A stretch of 64,000 nucleotides of DNA from assembly GCA_017533505.1 (NCBI GenBank), contig JAFXIB010000089.1, positions 2,009 to 66,008 of the forward strand, given 5' to 3'. The notes under the pieces are model-generated. The model was not told the origin of the DNA, searched no databases, and saw only the letters and a list, made by a program, of their open reading frames with translations. The translations under genes and the position numbers were made by a program. The first letter of the stretch is position 1, and each line of letters starts with the position of its first letter. The DNA is from Clostridia bacterium. Its GTDB lineage: Bacteria > Bacillota > Clostridia > Christensenellales > DTU072. Shown one piece after another: positions 27,001 to 36,761 of this stretch.

Positions 27001-29322
27001 GCTTATACCAGAAAGGTTTGTTACCTTTACACTAATAGTGTAAATACGGATATACCTTGCAAAGATCTTGAATGAATCATTCATCAACAAATTGATTTGG
27101 TTGTTGTTGGGGTTGAAGCTATATGTAATCTTTGTATCGGTATCATTACCATTTAGGTCTTGAACTGTTTCTGTCTTGAAGTAATAGGTTGTTTCGCCCT
27201 TTGTTACAGATAGGTTGTTGTCTAACTCGGTTGCGTTTGCAACAAGAGCTTGCTTACCACCTTGACCATTTTCGGTGATATACCAACCTGCGAACTCATA
27301 ACCTTCAATAGTTGCTGGGAGCAAGGTTTGAACGGTATAGTAGTTGAAGTTACCACTTGAACGAGAAATGCTACCAATCTTTGGTTCTACATCGCCCTTT
27401 CCGTCAAGGAAGATATGCTCATCGTTGAGAGCTGTGGACTTAACAAGCTCAAGACTTTCTACCTTTTGGAACAAAGGTCTAATTCTTATAGCATAGATAT
27501 CAAATGAGCTTTCATATTCGCCCAAGCTATCATACTTGGATGCACTATAAGTGAATCCATCAGCATTGTCCTCTGGTACAACACCAGTTGAACCAATGTA
27601 TGCAGGATATGTTGTTGTGAACAAGCATGATACTGGGAATGTGAAGCTTGGCTTGGTTACAAGGTTGGTTTGTGAGTTTGCATCAACATATGGAATATTG
27701 AGCCAACCGAAGTTGCCATCACCAAGGTATGCATAGTATTGCCATGCAATGAATGCAAAGTTGTCATCGCCACCACTTGCACCTGCCCAGTTGAGGCTGA
27801 TGGTGTTATCTCTCCAAGTGTTGTATGGTGAGTTAGCAGAGTTCTTGTCAATATTATTTATAGTATTAATCTTACCAAGCATTTGGAAGTTAATATCGGT
27901 ATTATAGGAAACATCTGCGCCAAGTTTGGGTTCCACACTCATTGAAGAATTGAAATATTGAGTGATGTTTTCATCATACATAGTTGATGTTACGGTAATG
28001 GGTCCTGGGTTGAGATAATCGCCATTATCCAAGTACTCGTTTTCAACTACAATGTTGTATACAGGGATAAACCTTGCAACAACTTCGATGGTATAAGTTG
28101 TTGTTGAAACACCACTCGATACAGTAGTATTTTCAACGATGTTTACACCATTAGATAGGTTGTCAAGGTCGTTGATTACAAAGCTACCTTCATATGTAGA
28201 TGGGTAGTTTTGGATGAGTTGCGTATAGGAATTTATGCCATTGATAAAGTATCCTACAAATTGATAGTATCTTGAGAAGCTCTTGAACTCTGCTTCACTC
28301 AAACTGAAACCGATGTTGTAGTACAAGTTATCATTGTAGTCATACTTCTTGTTAGAAACGGTTGAGTCAGCACTGGAGTTAGATGTAAAGTTGATGTTGT
28401 AACCAGGTGTTGGGTCGTCAATAGATGTTCTTTCGTCAGTTACGAAGCTAATCTTTCTGGTTACTTCAACTTGCTTCCAGAATCTAATCTTGAAGATTGA
28501 GTTTTCGTTCAAGCCATTTAGAGTTACAACAACCCTGCTGATTCTATCGTTGCTGATGTTGGTTGAAGCATTGCCAGTCTCATTGTAATAAGTGATTTGT
28601 ACTCTGCCGTCAGCAGTTGCAACCAATGGGGTATAGGTTGAACTGAATTGCTTGAAGCCTTGCTCATCAGGTGTAGCAAGTGGGAGAAGTTCCATAACAC
28701 TATCAAACCTATAACTTGACTTTGGTGTTATGGTAATTGTCAAGGTTTGGTTAGGTGCCATTGTTACGGAGTTTTCGGTTAGACTTGCAACAGATGTTCC
28801 GTTGATAGCATATCTTACGGTACCACCTTCACCACTTACATTTGAGCCAACGGTTTCCATTGCAAAGCTTGCGTAGATTACATTGTTAAAGTAAGCATAT
28901 ACTAATCTATCTTCCAAGGTATCTACGCCTGTAGAATAGCTATCTTCCATTTGTGCAATCTTGCCACCATTATAAGTGATAACTGAATAGCTATATCCCC
29001 TTGTTGAGTTTACAGAGATACTATCGTTACCAGTAAGCATCAAGTTTGCACCACTCAATACTCTATATGTATAGCTTGCATCCTCTACTCCGTCTATATC
29101 AGTTATTACCTCTCTCATAGCTGAAACATTGGGTAGGATTACACCTTCGCCCTTCGTTGAGTAAGTAACAGTAGCTGTTAGACTTGCATATTGACGATAC
29201 TTCATTCTTGATGGATCATTTGTTGCAAATGAACCTTCAGTGTACTTGTATTCTGGGTGAACTTGAACGGTAATCTCGTAAGTGCGGAAGAATACTGCTC
29301 TAAACTCACGATTTGAAGTCAT
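24049..29322 (-). CDS. Giant surface protein, distal 1,757 codons (B-type repeats then GLUG-motif region); in frame with 29386..36624 across a single TAA
   Basis: Y.F.GW-type repeats (YEFAGWYITENGQG, FVGYFINGINSY). Then NPFKIATVDHLRNIDSLY followed by many GLUG turns (FVGGLVGLLAG, GAGGIVGSIG, GAGGIAGTIQ, IGGVVGSIG, GAGGIAGFNNGTISG, VGGLVGVNFGTLENG, YGGMVGYN, IGGIVGYNEGAVSG). There is no RBS before the called ATG at 29322. Confidence 0.8.
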   Translation of the reverse strand: MTSNREFRAVFFRTYEITVQVHPEYKYTEGSFATNDPSRMKYRQYASLTATVTYSTKGEGVILPNVSAMREVITDIDGVEDASYTYRVLSGANLMLTGNDSISVNSTRGYSYSVITYNGGKIAQMEDSYSTGVDTLEDRLVYAYFNNVIYASFAMETVGSNVSGEGGTVRYAINGTSVASLTENSVTMAPNQTLTITITPKSSYRFDSVMELLPLATPDEQGFKQFSSTYTPLVATADGRVQITYYNETGNASTNISNDRISRVVVTLNGLNENSIFKIRFWKQVEVTRKISFVTDERTSIDDPTPGYNINFTSNSSADSTVSNKKYDYNDNLYYNIGFSLSEAEFKSFSRYYQFVGYFINGINSYTQLIQNYPSTYEGSFVINDLDNLSNGVNIVENTTVSSGVSTTTYTIEVVARFIPVYNIVVENEYLDNGDYLNPGPITVTSTMYDENITQYFNSSMSVEPKLGADVSYNTDINFQMLGKINTINNIDKNSANSPYNTWRDNTISLNWAGASGGDDNFAFIAWQYYAYLGDGNFGWLNIPYVDANSQTNLVTKPSFTFPVSCLFTTTYPAYIGSTGVVPEDNADGFTYSASKYDSLGEYESSFDIYAIRIRPLFQKVESLELVKSTALNDEHIFLDGKGDVEPKIGSISRSSGNFNYYTVQTLLPATIEGYEFAGWYITENGQGGKQALVANATELDNNLSVTKGETTYYFKTETVQDLNGNDTDTKITYSFNPNNNQINLLMNDSFKIFARYIRIYTISVKVTNLSGISPVLTDSMPTLKYYKQVGDTWVEQGELSGERMINITDARVGTKLMFKLVTNYSGNINDSTNFNPLYDRFAGITSVDEENRNVWDQNGSLDYQQSTIPDALKNFDANNSSTYEAYNDAVEAMEIVITANAQKTINVNFESFGTLKLHNVYVGSSIKLPNALGEVLYENDPNSVEVSADILGNDAYYVKDDAIGDAHATSGDNSGDGIIQINNIPINTEFSFDGEESGDYATRLIDTANVLESDYISIGVNFNGSSITKKVQNIAYYSTATWDEYVWVEGTLQTQSKSGTGMYDYPFADGGVVGSAGDGSATNPFKIATVDHLRNIDSLYKGNNGTLVYGQNGSEVLRVHFIQIADINLNETNNALEEPLCGAFTASNNVTYLNGFNGVYDGNSKTLYNLYLELSNSSIMENVGIFAKIYRGGVVKNLNIGRSYVYTSATNVGVLAGQVFGGTVQNVHTVATGAENIIRTAYGQNFVGGLVGLLAGETDAEGLITNSSVTDYNVTATIGGSYLGVGSDYTGGAGGIVGSIGNYGRVSGGNGTYTTSGVTVMSGTALGAEGIGAGGIAGTIQANSGSTEQVAIENATVINGGLDASSNKAAIGGVVGSIGANRRINNVVYRITSAMGIRSNSTAGFVAPNSTADQGNFMMHGAGGIAGFNNGTISGATVSSSSTFRLSITGSMVGGLVGVNFGTLENGSVAARIFTSRQNINASLEGGTYGGMVGYNTSTGKISGGSISGSQGATNDYNSTTAAYEVVTAANEAYVPTSGANSGMHAVLSADTATLYIGGIVGYNEGAVSGVANNSKLMVNRRASDESRNDTYIGAITGSSTNENISASGSAIIKYFNYIWVDQAEDVSQTQWAYIGNAKGNGNGGNSTCSVTATAEYCGGGTIYNQASIEAGFTWGFEGTGYLSGSASVYFYSVSGTASGICPDWNVSGTIKSGKEAGAVYSPDCEVYGGSISTLWKETANYTGYLRYITVSMYSA

Positions 29323-29385
29323 TGTATAACGGAGAATTTGTCCGTTAGATTGTAGTGTAATACCATTTACACCATCTACAACATA

Positions 29386-32300
29386 TTACCATACGCCGTC
29401 AATCTTTTCTTGATATCCTTGGAATGAATACTTGTTGATAACAGCAGAGTCAATTCTTACGGTGTAGGTTGCGTCTGTATTGTACTCGTGCTCAATGGAG
29501 CTCTTGTAGTCGCTGAATGATGCTGAAAGTGTAAATGCATCTCTGTTATTAATCTTTGGAGTATCAGTAGCTGTTACAGTCCTACCATAGTTGGATGAGC
29601 CAACACCTTCAACAAGATACATGCTTGCCTTTGACTCATGCATATCCTTTTTGGTTTCGTAGTAAATACGGATGGTATTCTTGTTGTTGGAGTGGAAGTC
29701 CATCATCTTTAGAATATCAGCATCAAGCGTTACAGCAAGGTTTTCGCCCTTTTGTGAGAATGTGTTGTGATCACGCAAGCCCTCTCTCAAGAAGCTATAT
29801 GTAGTCTTGCTGGTATCGTTATAAGGCAAGTTGTAGAAGGTGACTGATGTGATTGAGTAGCCTTCCTTCAAGTCATGATTGATGAGAGTTGGTGTAACTG
29901 CATCAAAGATGATTTCGTTATTGTTGAGTGATACACCGAGAGTTGAATCTTGATATAGGTTAGTGATTTGTAAATTATTGATGAAGAATACTACACTATA
30001 TCTTTGCTTTTCGTATGTAGGCAAGATGGTAATCTTATCAGCGCCATTTACAAGTTCGTCGTTGATAATTAGTGATACCTTTTCCTGACTTGCGTTGATG
30101 GTGTCGGTAGTATATGTATAATGCATATCTGAACGACCACTAACAGTTGTAGGAATGGTTCTACCATTGATATCAAGGCTTGCGAGATAGTAGCCATCAT
30201 CAGAAATCATATTTACGCCAAATGCTTCATGGTGGCTTACAAGGGTGTTACCAGTTGAGCCATATCTACCACCTGGGCGATGGATATATTCAATGGTATA
30301 TGTCTTGATTACATACTCAACATGAACTCTTATATTACCAGTCATGCTGGGGATTGTGTAGGTACGAGCGCCACTACCATCATCTGCATCAAGGCCACTT
30401 TCGGATAGTACAAGGTTGGATTCTACACCACCATCATTATCCATGATGATGGATACTGCCGAAATCCTATAACCAACAGGAGCTGTTAGTGAAATGGTAA
30501 CCTTATCAGCAAATACTGCAGGGCTGATGTGTACTGTCTTATTTGGATCTGATGGATCAACTACTTCAATAAATACTCTACCATCTGCATCAATGCTTCT
30601 TGGAGTATCGGTTGTAAAGTAGTTTTCTTCTTGTTTTAGAAGTGAACCCTTGTTGAGAACAACACCACTTATTGCATGTACAAGAGTGTCGCTGTTGGTA
30701 ATTTCGGGATATTCCTTATTATAATCGCCACTAAACTCGATATCGTATGCCTTGTTTGCAAGGATTACAAAGATGCTATAATCACTTGTGATGTGCTCCA
30801 AGGTGTGGGTACCACCAAACTCAAGGGTGGAAGTCATATCGCTGTTTTGTCCGTTAAGCAATACCTTATCCATCACATAACCACGACTGATTACAAGTCT
30901 TACGGTTACACTTTCATTCCACTCTACAAGTGAAGTGCTAATGGTAGCAACACCACCTTCAAAGGTGTTAACTTCGATAACATATGTATGGATAGTAAAG
31001 TTGATTTCACATAGAGTATGTGAAACGATAACTTCTCTCTCACGCATCATGGCATCTTCATTAACAATCGCATATGCTTGCTTGTTGATGAAGAAGTTGC
31101 TAATTCTGTAACCTTCATCAGCATTTGGTACTGCCACAAAGATAATCTCTGTACCGTAAGTTACCACGATACCATTTTCGCTTGCCCAAACAACACCACC
31201 TTCAACAGCGCGTTTTGCATAGGTTTTATTTTCGTCTGAAGCGATGTCGCCACTCTCAATGATTTCAATGCCAGGAGCCCATAGGAGAGTGTCTGTTGTA
31301 TCATAAATATAGTACTTACCACCAACGCTTGCGCTCATTTCTACTTCGTAAGTATCAATGGTGTAGGTTACTTCAACATCCATTGCACCAGTTAAAGTAC
31401 CAATAAAGTTGTTGTTTCTTACAGATGTAAGTCTATCTTCGCCATTTACTGTAAATGCTGTACGACTATATCCTACGCCAGGCTTTACTGAAATAGAGTA
31501 GTTGAGACCATACTCATACATGCCGTCAACAACAACGACTGGTTGTTGAGCATAAGGATTGGTAAATGTTGCAATGATGTCGCCTTCACATTCCCATGTT
31601 GAGCCTTGATCGTCAATGGTCATTGTGCCAACATAAGCAAACATTCTTCTTCTAAACTCAACATTTACTGCTTGGATGTCGCTGGAAATGCCATATAGGA
31701 TATATGATCCACCCCTATCATCCAAAGTGGTGATGTTGTTGCTAATCAATTTGCCATCATCATTGTAATATTGGATTTCGAATCTTGCGATGTAGTAACC
31801 TCTGCCAGTTCTGGGAGTTACAACAAACTTAACATTGTTACCATGAGAGAAGCCTTGATATAGTCCGTTTGCATCGCTTTGATATCCGGTGATTGATACA
31901 ACACCATAGGTGTTGCTGTCAACATCGATGGTATTGAAGTTGGGGCTTTGGTTGGATACATTAACTTGGATTTGATACTCATTGATTGCATAAACAACTC
32001 TCAAAGAGATATTGCCTGTTACAACGCCAAGGTCATAGTAGATTTCTGTTAGGTCGTTGGCAGATACATTTTCTACCTTCCAGCCATTGTCCACAACACC
32101 ATTTACGCGTAGCTCTTGGATGTGATATCCCTTTTGAGCACTCATCTTGATGGAAACATGGTCACCTTCGCCAAGTTTTACATTCTTGGCTTGGTCATAC
32201 ATGCTACCTTCCTTTCTTACCAAGGTTTGACCACCAAGAGATTCGTTGATAGTGATGGAGTATACCATTGGAGAGAATGTTACATCCAATGTAGTATCGT

Positions 32301-35300
32301 GAGAGATGTGGATTTGCAATACACCCAAAGTATATTCGCCAGTAACTATTGGGGTACCGATTAGTGTTTGAGTGGAGATTTCTTCGCCATTCAAAACAAT
32401 CTTGCTAATATAGTAGCCACCAAATGCGCTGAGCTCAACTTCCTTGGTTTCGCCATAGTGTACACTGACAACACCCGTGTCGCCTACTCCACCGATAGTA
32501 CCATTGTCGCTATATGTATATGAAAGTTCATATTGAATAGGAGCAAAGCTTGCTGTTATTGTAATTGCGCCAGTAACATAGCTTGCTGGCATGGTGTAGT
32601 CAATCTTGCCACCATTCATATATCCATCGTATTCAGAGCCATTCAAAGGTTGGATGGGCTTGCTTTGTCCATCGATACTGATGATGAATGTTGATGCATA
32701 GTAGCCTTCAACCGGAGTGAGCCTAATGTTGAATGAAGAACCAGCTTCTACCATTGATTTATCGGTTGCTACAACACCATTTTCTACACCACTTACTATG
32801 GTAATAGGATATTTTGTTTCGCTAAATACAGCATAAGCATGGCTATCTGCATTTGCGATATAGCTATACTTGTTACCATCAACTGCAACGCTCTTACCAT
32901 CAACTACCAAGGCTTCAAGAACATGACCTGCGCTTGGGATTGCTTCCAAAACAATCTTCATACCACTTGAAATAGTAGCACCGGTTGCAATGCTTTCGCC
33001 ATTGCCGTCATAAGCAGAAAGTGTACCATTACCACTTGCAGTGTAAGTAAGAGTCTTTGGACTGCTTTCGGTGGTCTTCTTATCAAATGTTACATAAATA
33101 TCAACTGATGTGTGAATATCATAGATATTCAAGTATGTTGTTGATGATGCTTGTGAGCTACCAGCAATAAGAGCATAGAAGCCATTAGTTTCAGATTGGT
33201 TATATTCGCCAGAGAGTGGCAAATAGTAGTAAGATTCTCTTTGGTCCTTGTTTACAACAACAATCTTATCAATGCTCAAAGAGTATCCACTTGCAAGAGT
33301 GATGTTTGCTGTTAGGTCGTTGCCATAAGCAATAGATGATTGATAATGTGCATTGTTGCTGGATTCAGTATTGTTGATGGTTGCGTTGTTGATTACAACC
33401 CTATTATTTGCCTTGTTGATAAAGTGGATATCATAATCAAGTGCAATTGATGCACAAATGATTTCTACTGAATAGCTTGCATCAATGTTTGCAAGGGTTA
33501 CAACATGATTCTTTGCAGAATAGTTGATGATTTCGTTGTGGCTGTCGCCCTTGTTGGATGTAACCAAAATGCTGTTGATGTAATATCCTTCATTTGCCAC
33601 TACTTCAAATTCAGCAGTTTGAGCATGTTCAACGCCGTCAAATGTATAGCCTTCGCCACCAATGATATTGACTGTCTTATCATTATAAGTTACTTGTGAT
33701 GTGCCATCATTATCAACAAAACGAACATAATAAGTTGTTCTCTTGAAGATAAACTTGATGTCGTAGTCTTGCATGGTGTTATTTACGGCATACTCACGAG
33801 CAGTTTGAACATCGTCAAATGTTAGTTCTTCGCCGTTGACCAATACAGAGTCTACATAGTATCCACTTGATGTAACTGCATTGACATGGAATGGTGCGCC
33901 ATATGATACAGTAAATGGAGTTGTTACAGAACCGATACCTTCATAAGAAGTTGTGATATTGTAGTAAAGTTCTTCAAATTCAACTTCAAAGACAACATTT
34001 TGCTCAATGCCATCAATTTGAATTTGCATTTTGGTAACTCTATAATCGTTGCCACCCTCAACTTCTTCGCCATTGACAAGTTTGCTTTGAACAGTGTATC
34101 CCTTTGCAGAGATATATGGGTCGATTATAGTACCATTTGCAGTAATTCTCTTTACATAGTATCCTTCTTCTGCTTCTGCGATGAAGGAAGGTGCGTCACC
34201 CTTGTTGAAGTTTAGAATACTTGCCTCGGAAACTACCGAACCCTTTTCACTAACTTCTGGAAGTGTTACGGCATATGTAAATTGTAGGTATTGAATTTCT
34301 ACCCTATTGTCGCTATTTACATCTTCAATGATAAGGTTGAAGTATACTGCTTCACTTGGTACAGTGATTTCTTCGCCATTGAGCTTGATTGCTGAAATAT
34401 AATATCCGTAGCTTGAGCTTGGGTCAATTGGAGTTTCCCTTTCAGCTCTGGTTGCAATTTCGATACTTGCACCTGAACCATAGTTTACAAGGAAGCTGAT
34501 AGCTTTGTCGTTGCTGTTTTGACGGAAACTTTCGTCCTTACCCAAGATATTGTAAGCAATTTCGCCACTAACAGCACCGTTTGAGCCATTGGTGATAGCA
34601 ACTTCGTACTCGGTGAGCTTGAAGGTTGCTGTTACTTCGTGGTCGGTTTCGATGATGCTGGAAATTGTCAAATCGTAGTAACCTTGCTCTCCTGCGAGAT
34701 TGGTGCCTGTGTTGGTAACGCCATTTACATTTACAGCACTCAATGAGTATCCTGCGCTTGGACGGATACGGAGCAAGTAGTCTTCAGTAACAGGCATTGC
34801 TACCTTGCCAGAAATAGCCTTTTCGGTATAAACGCCATAAACGCTATCATAAACAAGAGCATTGATAGAACCTGAACCTTGAATGTTGATTGTCAAAGTC
34901 TTGGTGTTGACTTCAAATACAGGAACAACGAAGATTGCTGGATAACTTGCTGTTACATTGCCCAAGCCATCCTTAACTTCAACGATAGTCATGTAGTTTT
35001 CAAGCTTGAATGCTTTGTCAATTACGGTTGAAGTGGGTAGTCTGTCAGCATCGGCAAGATACCAGCCCTTGAATGTATAGTTTTCCTTGGTGGGTACAAC
35101 TTCTGGGAATGTGCCACTGATTGCACCAGCAAGAGTGTCTTGATAGTAAGAAGTGACAAGCTTTCCATTATAAGTGGTTTCGAAAATAGAAGTTGAGTCG
35201 ATAAATGAAAGGTCTTCGTTTTCGCCCTTTAGGAATACAGCTGCAAAAATTTGCTTTTCCCAGTAAGCAATTAGCTCTGTGGGTTGGCTGAATGTTGTTT

Positions 35301-36624
35301 GATTGGTTACAAGTACAGGAGTGCCGTCCTCTTTGACTTCGCCACCCTTGATGTACCAGCCCTTGAAGTCATAACCAAGGGTGGAGAGATATGTAAGGTC
35401 TTCTACATCAAACTTTTCGCCAATTGGGGTGTCGTAATCAATCAAGAAGCTCTCATGAGCCTTATTGTTCATGGAAGTAAAGGAAATTTCACTCTCAAGA
35501 TATACAAAATGAGCTTTGACCAAAATTTCTTCCACCTCGGAATCTGGTGTAAAGCTCAAAACAAATTCTTCACTCGTGCCTGTGCGCGTAGAAATAAACT
35601 CAATAGAGTGATTGATGCCTACATGGATAAGACGACCATCGCTCATAACAGGGTCAAGAGATATCCAAGTTTTGGTATTTACATCATAAACGGACCAGCC
35701 AATAAACTTTCTGTCTGCATTTGCAGTAACACGCACGGTTGCAAGGTCATCAAACTCATAGAATGCGCGTGCATCGGATGTGCCAAGTGGACGACCACTC
35801 CTATCAGTGGTGTACTCGATGTTAAAGTCAGCTGCGTACTTTTCGTAGATAGGATAGATGTTGGTATCCTTTGTGATGTGGGTGTAATCGGTGTCCCAAC
35901 CTACAAAGCGATATCCATATAGTTCCATATTGTGTTCATCTGCGCGTGGTACACGCATAGGAGCTTCGTTATAAGCAACGATTTCTTCTCTTGCAGTGGT
36001 GCCATCTGGATAGTAGAATACTACTGTGTAACGAAGTTTTTCGAACACAGCGATAAGACGCATACTCTTGGAGACTTGAGTATCAAGACGGCTTGCGTTG
36101 AGATTGCCATCAGACCAACCAGCAAAATAATATCCTTCATCTGGGATAGCTTCAACACGGGTTGCATCTGCCCCTGCTGTTATGCTTTGGATGGTGTCGC
36201 CATCAATTCTACCACCGGTAGAAGCAATATACTCTACATTGAGTTCGGTTGGAACAACATTGAATGAAATGGTTTGCTTAAAGCCACCGTAATCAAGCAC
36301 AACTCCATCAACAACACCTTCAGTACTTATGTCGAGACCGGTAACAACAAGTTCAGAAAGCGCAACTTGATTAGTAGTACCATCAGAATACTTGACGGTA
36401 ACAAACACCTGTGACAAATCGGCGCCAACAGAAATCAAGCCTTCGTCGGGCGCAACAATAGCCACCACTTCTGGTGCTTCGTAATCAGTTACATCTGCGT
36501 AATTAGGCAGGACAATACCCGCAGTGACAATAGCTGCTACTGCAACAATTGCAATGGCAATCATAGTGATGCCGAACATTCCATTGATGGAAAAACGCTT
36601 TCCAGTTACTCTTAATTTAGCCAT
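29386..36624 (-). CDS. Giant N-anchored surface protein, proximal 2,412 codons (more than 20 Listeria-Bacteroides/InlB-B-like repeat modules)
   Basis: N-terminal signal-anchor MFGITMIAIAIVAVAAIVTAGIVL and RBS ggaga. Repeats include YYFAGWSDGN, YRFVGWDTDY, YDFKGWYIKGG, YTFKGWYLADA. Many 90-100-aa modules carry (E/S)GYY(I/V)xS(I/V)xVNGE-type strands. There is no LPXTG and no choline-binding or SLH motif. Confidence 0.85.
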   Translation of the reverse strand: MAKLRVTGKRFSINGMFGITMIAIAIVAVAAIVTAGIVLPNYADVTDYEAPEVVAIVAPDEGLISVGADLSQVFVTVKYSDGTTNQVALSELVVTGLDISTEGVVDGVVLDYGGFKQTISFNVVPTELNVEYIASTGGRIDGDTIQSITAGADATRVEAIPDEGYYFAGWSDGNLNASRLDTQVSKSMRLIAVFEKLRYTVVFYYPDGTTAREEIVAYNEAPMRVPRADEHNMELYGYRFVGWDTDYTHITKDTNIYPIYEKYAADFNIEYTTDRSGRPLGTSDARAFYEFDDLATVRVTANADRKFIGWSVYDVNTKTWISLDPVMSDGRLIHVGINHSIEFISTRTGTSEEFVLSFTPDSEVEEILVKAHFVYLESEISFTSMNNKAHESFLIDYDTPIGEKFDVEDLTYLSTLGYDFKGWYIKGGEVKEDGTPVLVTNQTTFSQPTELIAYWEKQIFAAVFLKGENEDLSFIDSTSIFETTYNGKLVTSYYQDTLAGAISGTFPEVVPTKENYTFKGWYLADADRLPTSTVIDKAFKLENYMTIVEVKDGLGNVTASYPAIFVVPVFEVNTKTLTINIQGSGSINALVYDSVYGVYTEKAISGKVAMPVTEDYLLRIRPSAGYSLSAVNVNGVTNTGTNLAGEQGYYDLTISSIIETDHEVTATFKLTEYEVAITNGSNGAVSGEIAYNILGKDESFRQNSNDKAISFLVNYGSGASIEIATRAERETPIDPSSSYGYYISAIKLNGEEITVPSEAVYFNLIIEDVNSDNRVEIQYLQFTYAVTLPEVSEKGSVVSEASILNFNKGDAPSFIAEAEEGYYVKRITANGTIIDPYISAKGYTVQSKLVNGEEVEGGNDYRVTKMQIQIDGIEQNVVFEVEFEELYYNITTSYEGIGSVTTPFTVSYGAPFHVNAVTSSGYYVDSVLVNGEELTFDDVQTAREYAVNNTMQDYDIKFIFKRTTYYVRFVDNDGTSQVTYNDKTVNIIGGEGYTFDGVEHAQTAEFEVVANEGYYINSILVTSNKGDSHNEIINYSAKNHVVTLANIDASYSVEIICASIALDYDIHFINKANNRVVINNATINNTESSNNAHYQSSIAYGNDLTANITLASGYSLSIDKIVVVNKDQRESYYYLPLSGEYNQSETNGFYALIAGSSQASSTTYLNIYDIHTSVDIYVTFDKKTTESSPKTLTYTASGNGTLSAYDGNGESIATGATISSGMKIVLEAIPSAGHVLEALVVDGKSVAVDGNKYSYIANADSHAYAVFSETKYPITIVSGVENGVVATDKSMVEAGSSFNIRLTPVEGYYASTFIISIDGQSKPIQPLNGSEYDGYMNGGKIDYTMPASYVTGAITITASFAPIQYELSYTYSDNGTIGGVGDTGVVSVHYGETKEVELSAFGGYYISKIVLNGEEISTQTLIGTPIVTGEYTLGVLQIHISHDTTLDVTFSPMVYSITINESLGGQTLVRKEGSMYDQAKNVKLGEGDHVSIKMSAQKGYHIQELRVNGVVDNGWKVENVSANDLTEIYYDLGVVTGNISLRVVYAINEYQIQVNVSNQSPNFNTIDVDSNTYGVVSITGYQSDANGLYQGFSHGNNVKFVVTPRTGRGYYIARFEIQYYNDDGKLISNNITTLDDRGGSYILYGISSDIQAVNVEFRRRMFAYVGTMTIDDQGSTWECEGDIIATFTNPYAQQPVVVVDGMYEYGLNYSISVKPGVGYSRTAFTVNGEDRLTSVRNNNFIGTLTGAMDVEVTYTIDTYEVEMSASVGGKYYIYDTTDTLLWAPGIEIIESGDIASDENKTYAKRAVEGGVVWASENGIVVTYGTEIIFVAVPNADEGYRISNFFINKQAYAIVNEDAMMREREVIVSHTLCEINFTIHTYVIEVNTFEGGVATISTSLVEWNESVTVRLVISRGYVMDKVLLNGQNSDMTSTLEFGGTHTLEHITSDYSIFVILANKAYDIEFSGDYNKEYPEITNSDTLVHAISGVVLNKGSLLKQEENYFTTDTPRSIDADGRVFIEVVDPSDPNKTVHISPAVFADKVTISLTAPVGYRISAVSIIMDNDGGVESNLVLSESGLDADDGSGARTYTIPSMTGNIRVHVEYVIKTYTIEYIHRPGGRYGSTGNTLVSHHEAFGVNMISDDGYYLASLDINGRTIPTTVSGRSDMHYTYTTDTINASQEKVSLIINDELVNGADKITILPTYEKQRYSVVFFINNLQITNLYQDSTLGVSLNNNEIIFDAVTPTLINHDLKEGYSITSVTFYNLPYNDTSKTTYSFLREGLRDHNTFSQKGENLAVTLDADILKMMDFHSNNKNTIRIYYETKKDMHESKASMYLVEGVGSSNYGRTVTATDTPKINNRDAFTLSASFSDYKSSIEHEYNTDATYTVRIDSAVINKYSFQGYQEKIDGVW

Positions 36625-36660
36625 AATCCGGTCTCCATGGAGTTTGGTCGATATGGCACT

Positions 36661-36689
36661 ATTATATATAATAAAAGGCGCGCACGCAA
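36661..36689 (-). promoter_or_regulatory. Candidate promoter of the giant surface-protein gene
   Basis: Minus strand: TTGCGT (36689-36684), 17-nt spacer gcgcgccttttattata, TATAAT (36666-36661), 36 nt upstream of the ATG at 36624. Confidence 0.5.
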
Positions 36690-36761
36690 GTTGCGTACGC
36701 GTTATTTTACTAAAATTTTATCGTGCAGGTGTGTGCACGCAAGCGCATAAGCGTCAAAAAT

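Noticed and set aside
29386-29388. TAA reassigned as a sense codon (alternative genetic code) to explain the split giant ORF
   Set aside because: TAA terminates many well-supported genes in this window at their expected ends (rubredoxin, the 125..1084 membrane protein, pyrD). No other long ORF here needs TAA, TAG or TGA read as sense.
35284-35922. 212-aa + strand ORF, and many others in the track (for example 43863..44585 at 240 aa, 55544..56071 at 175 aa, 4598..5032 at 144 aa, 60529..60963 at 144 aa, 14399..14821 at 140 aa)
   Set aside because: All lie antisense to or out of frame within long, motif-supported genes. They have low-complexity or Ser/Leu/Cys-rich compositions and lack RBSs. 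They are shadow ORFs.
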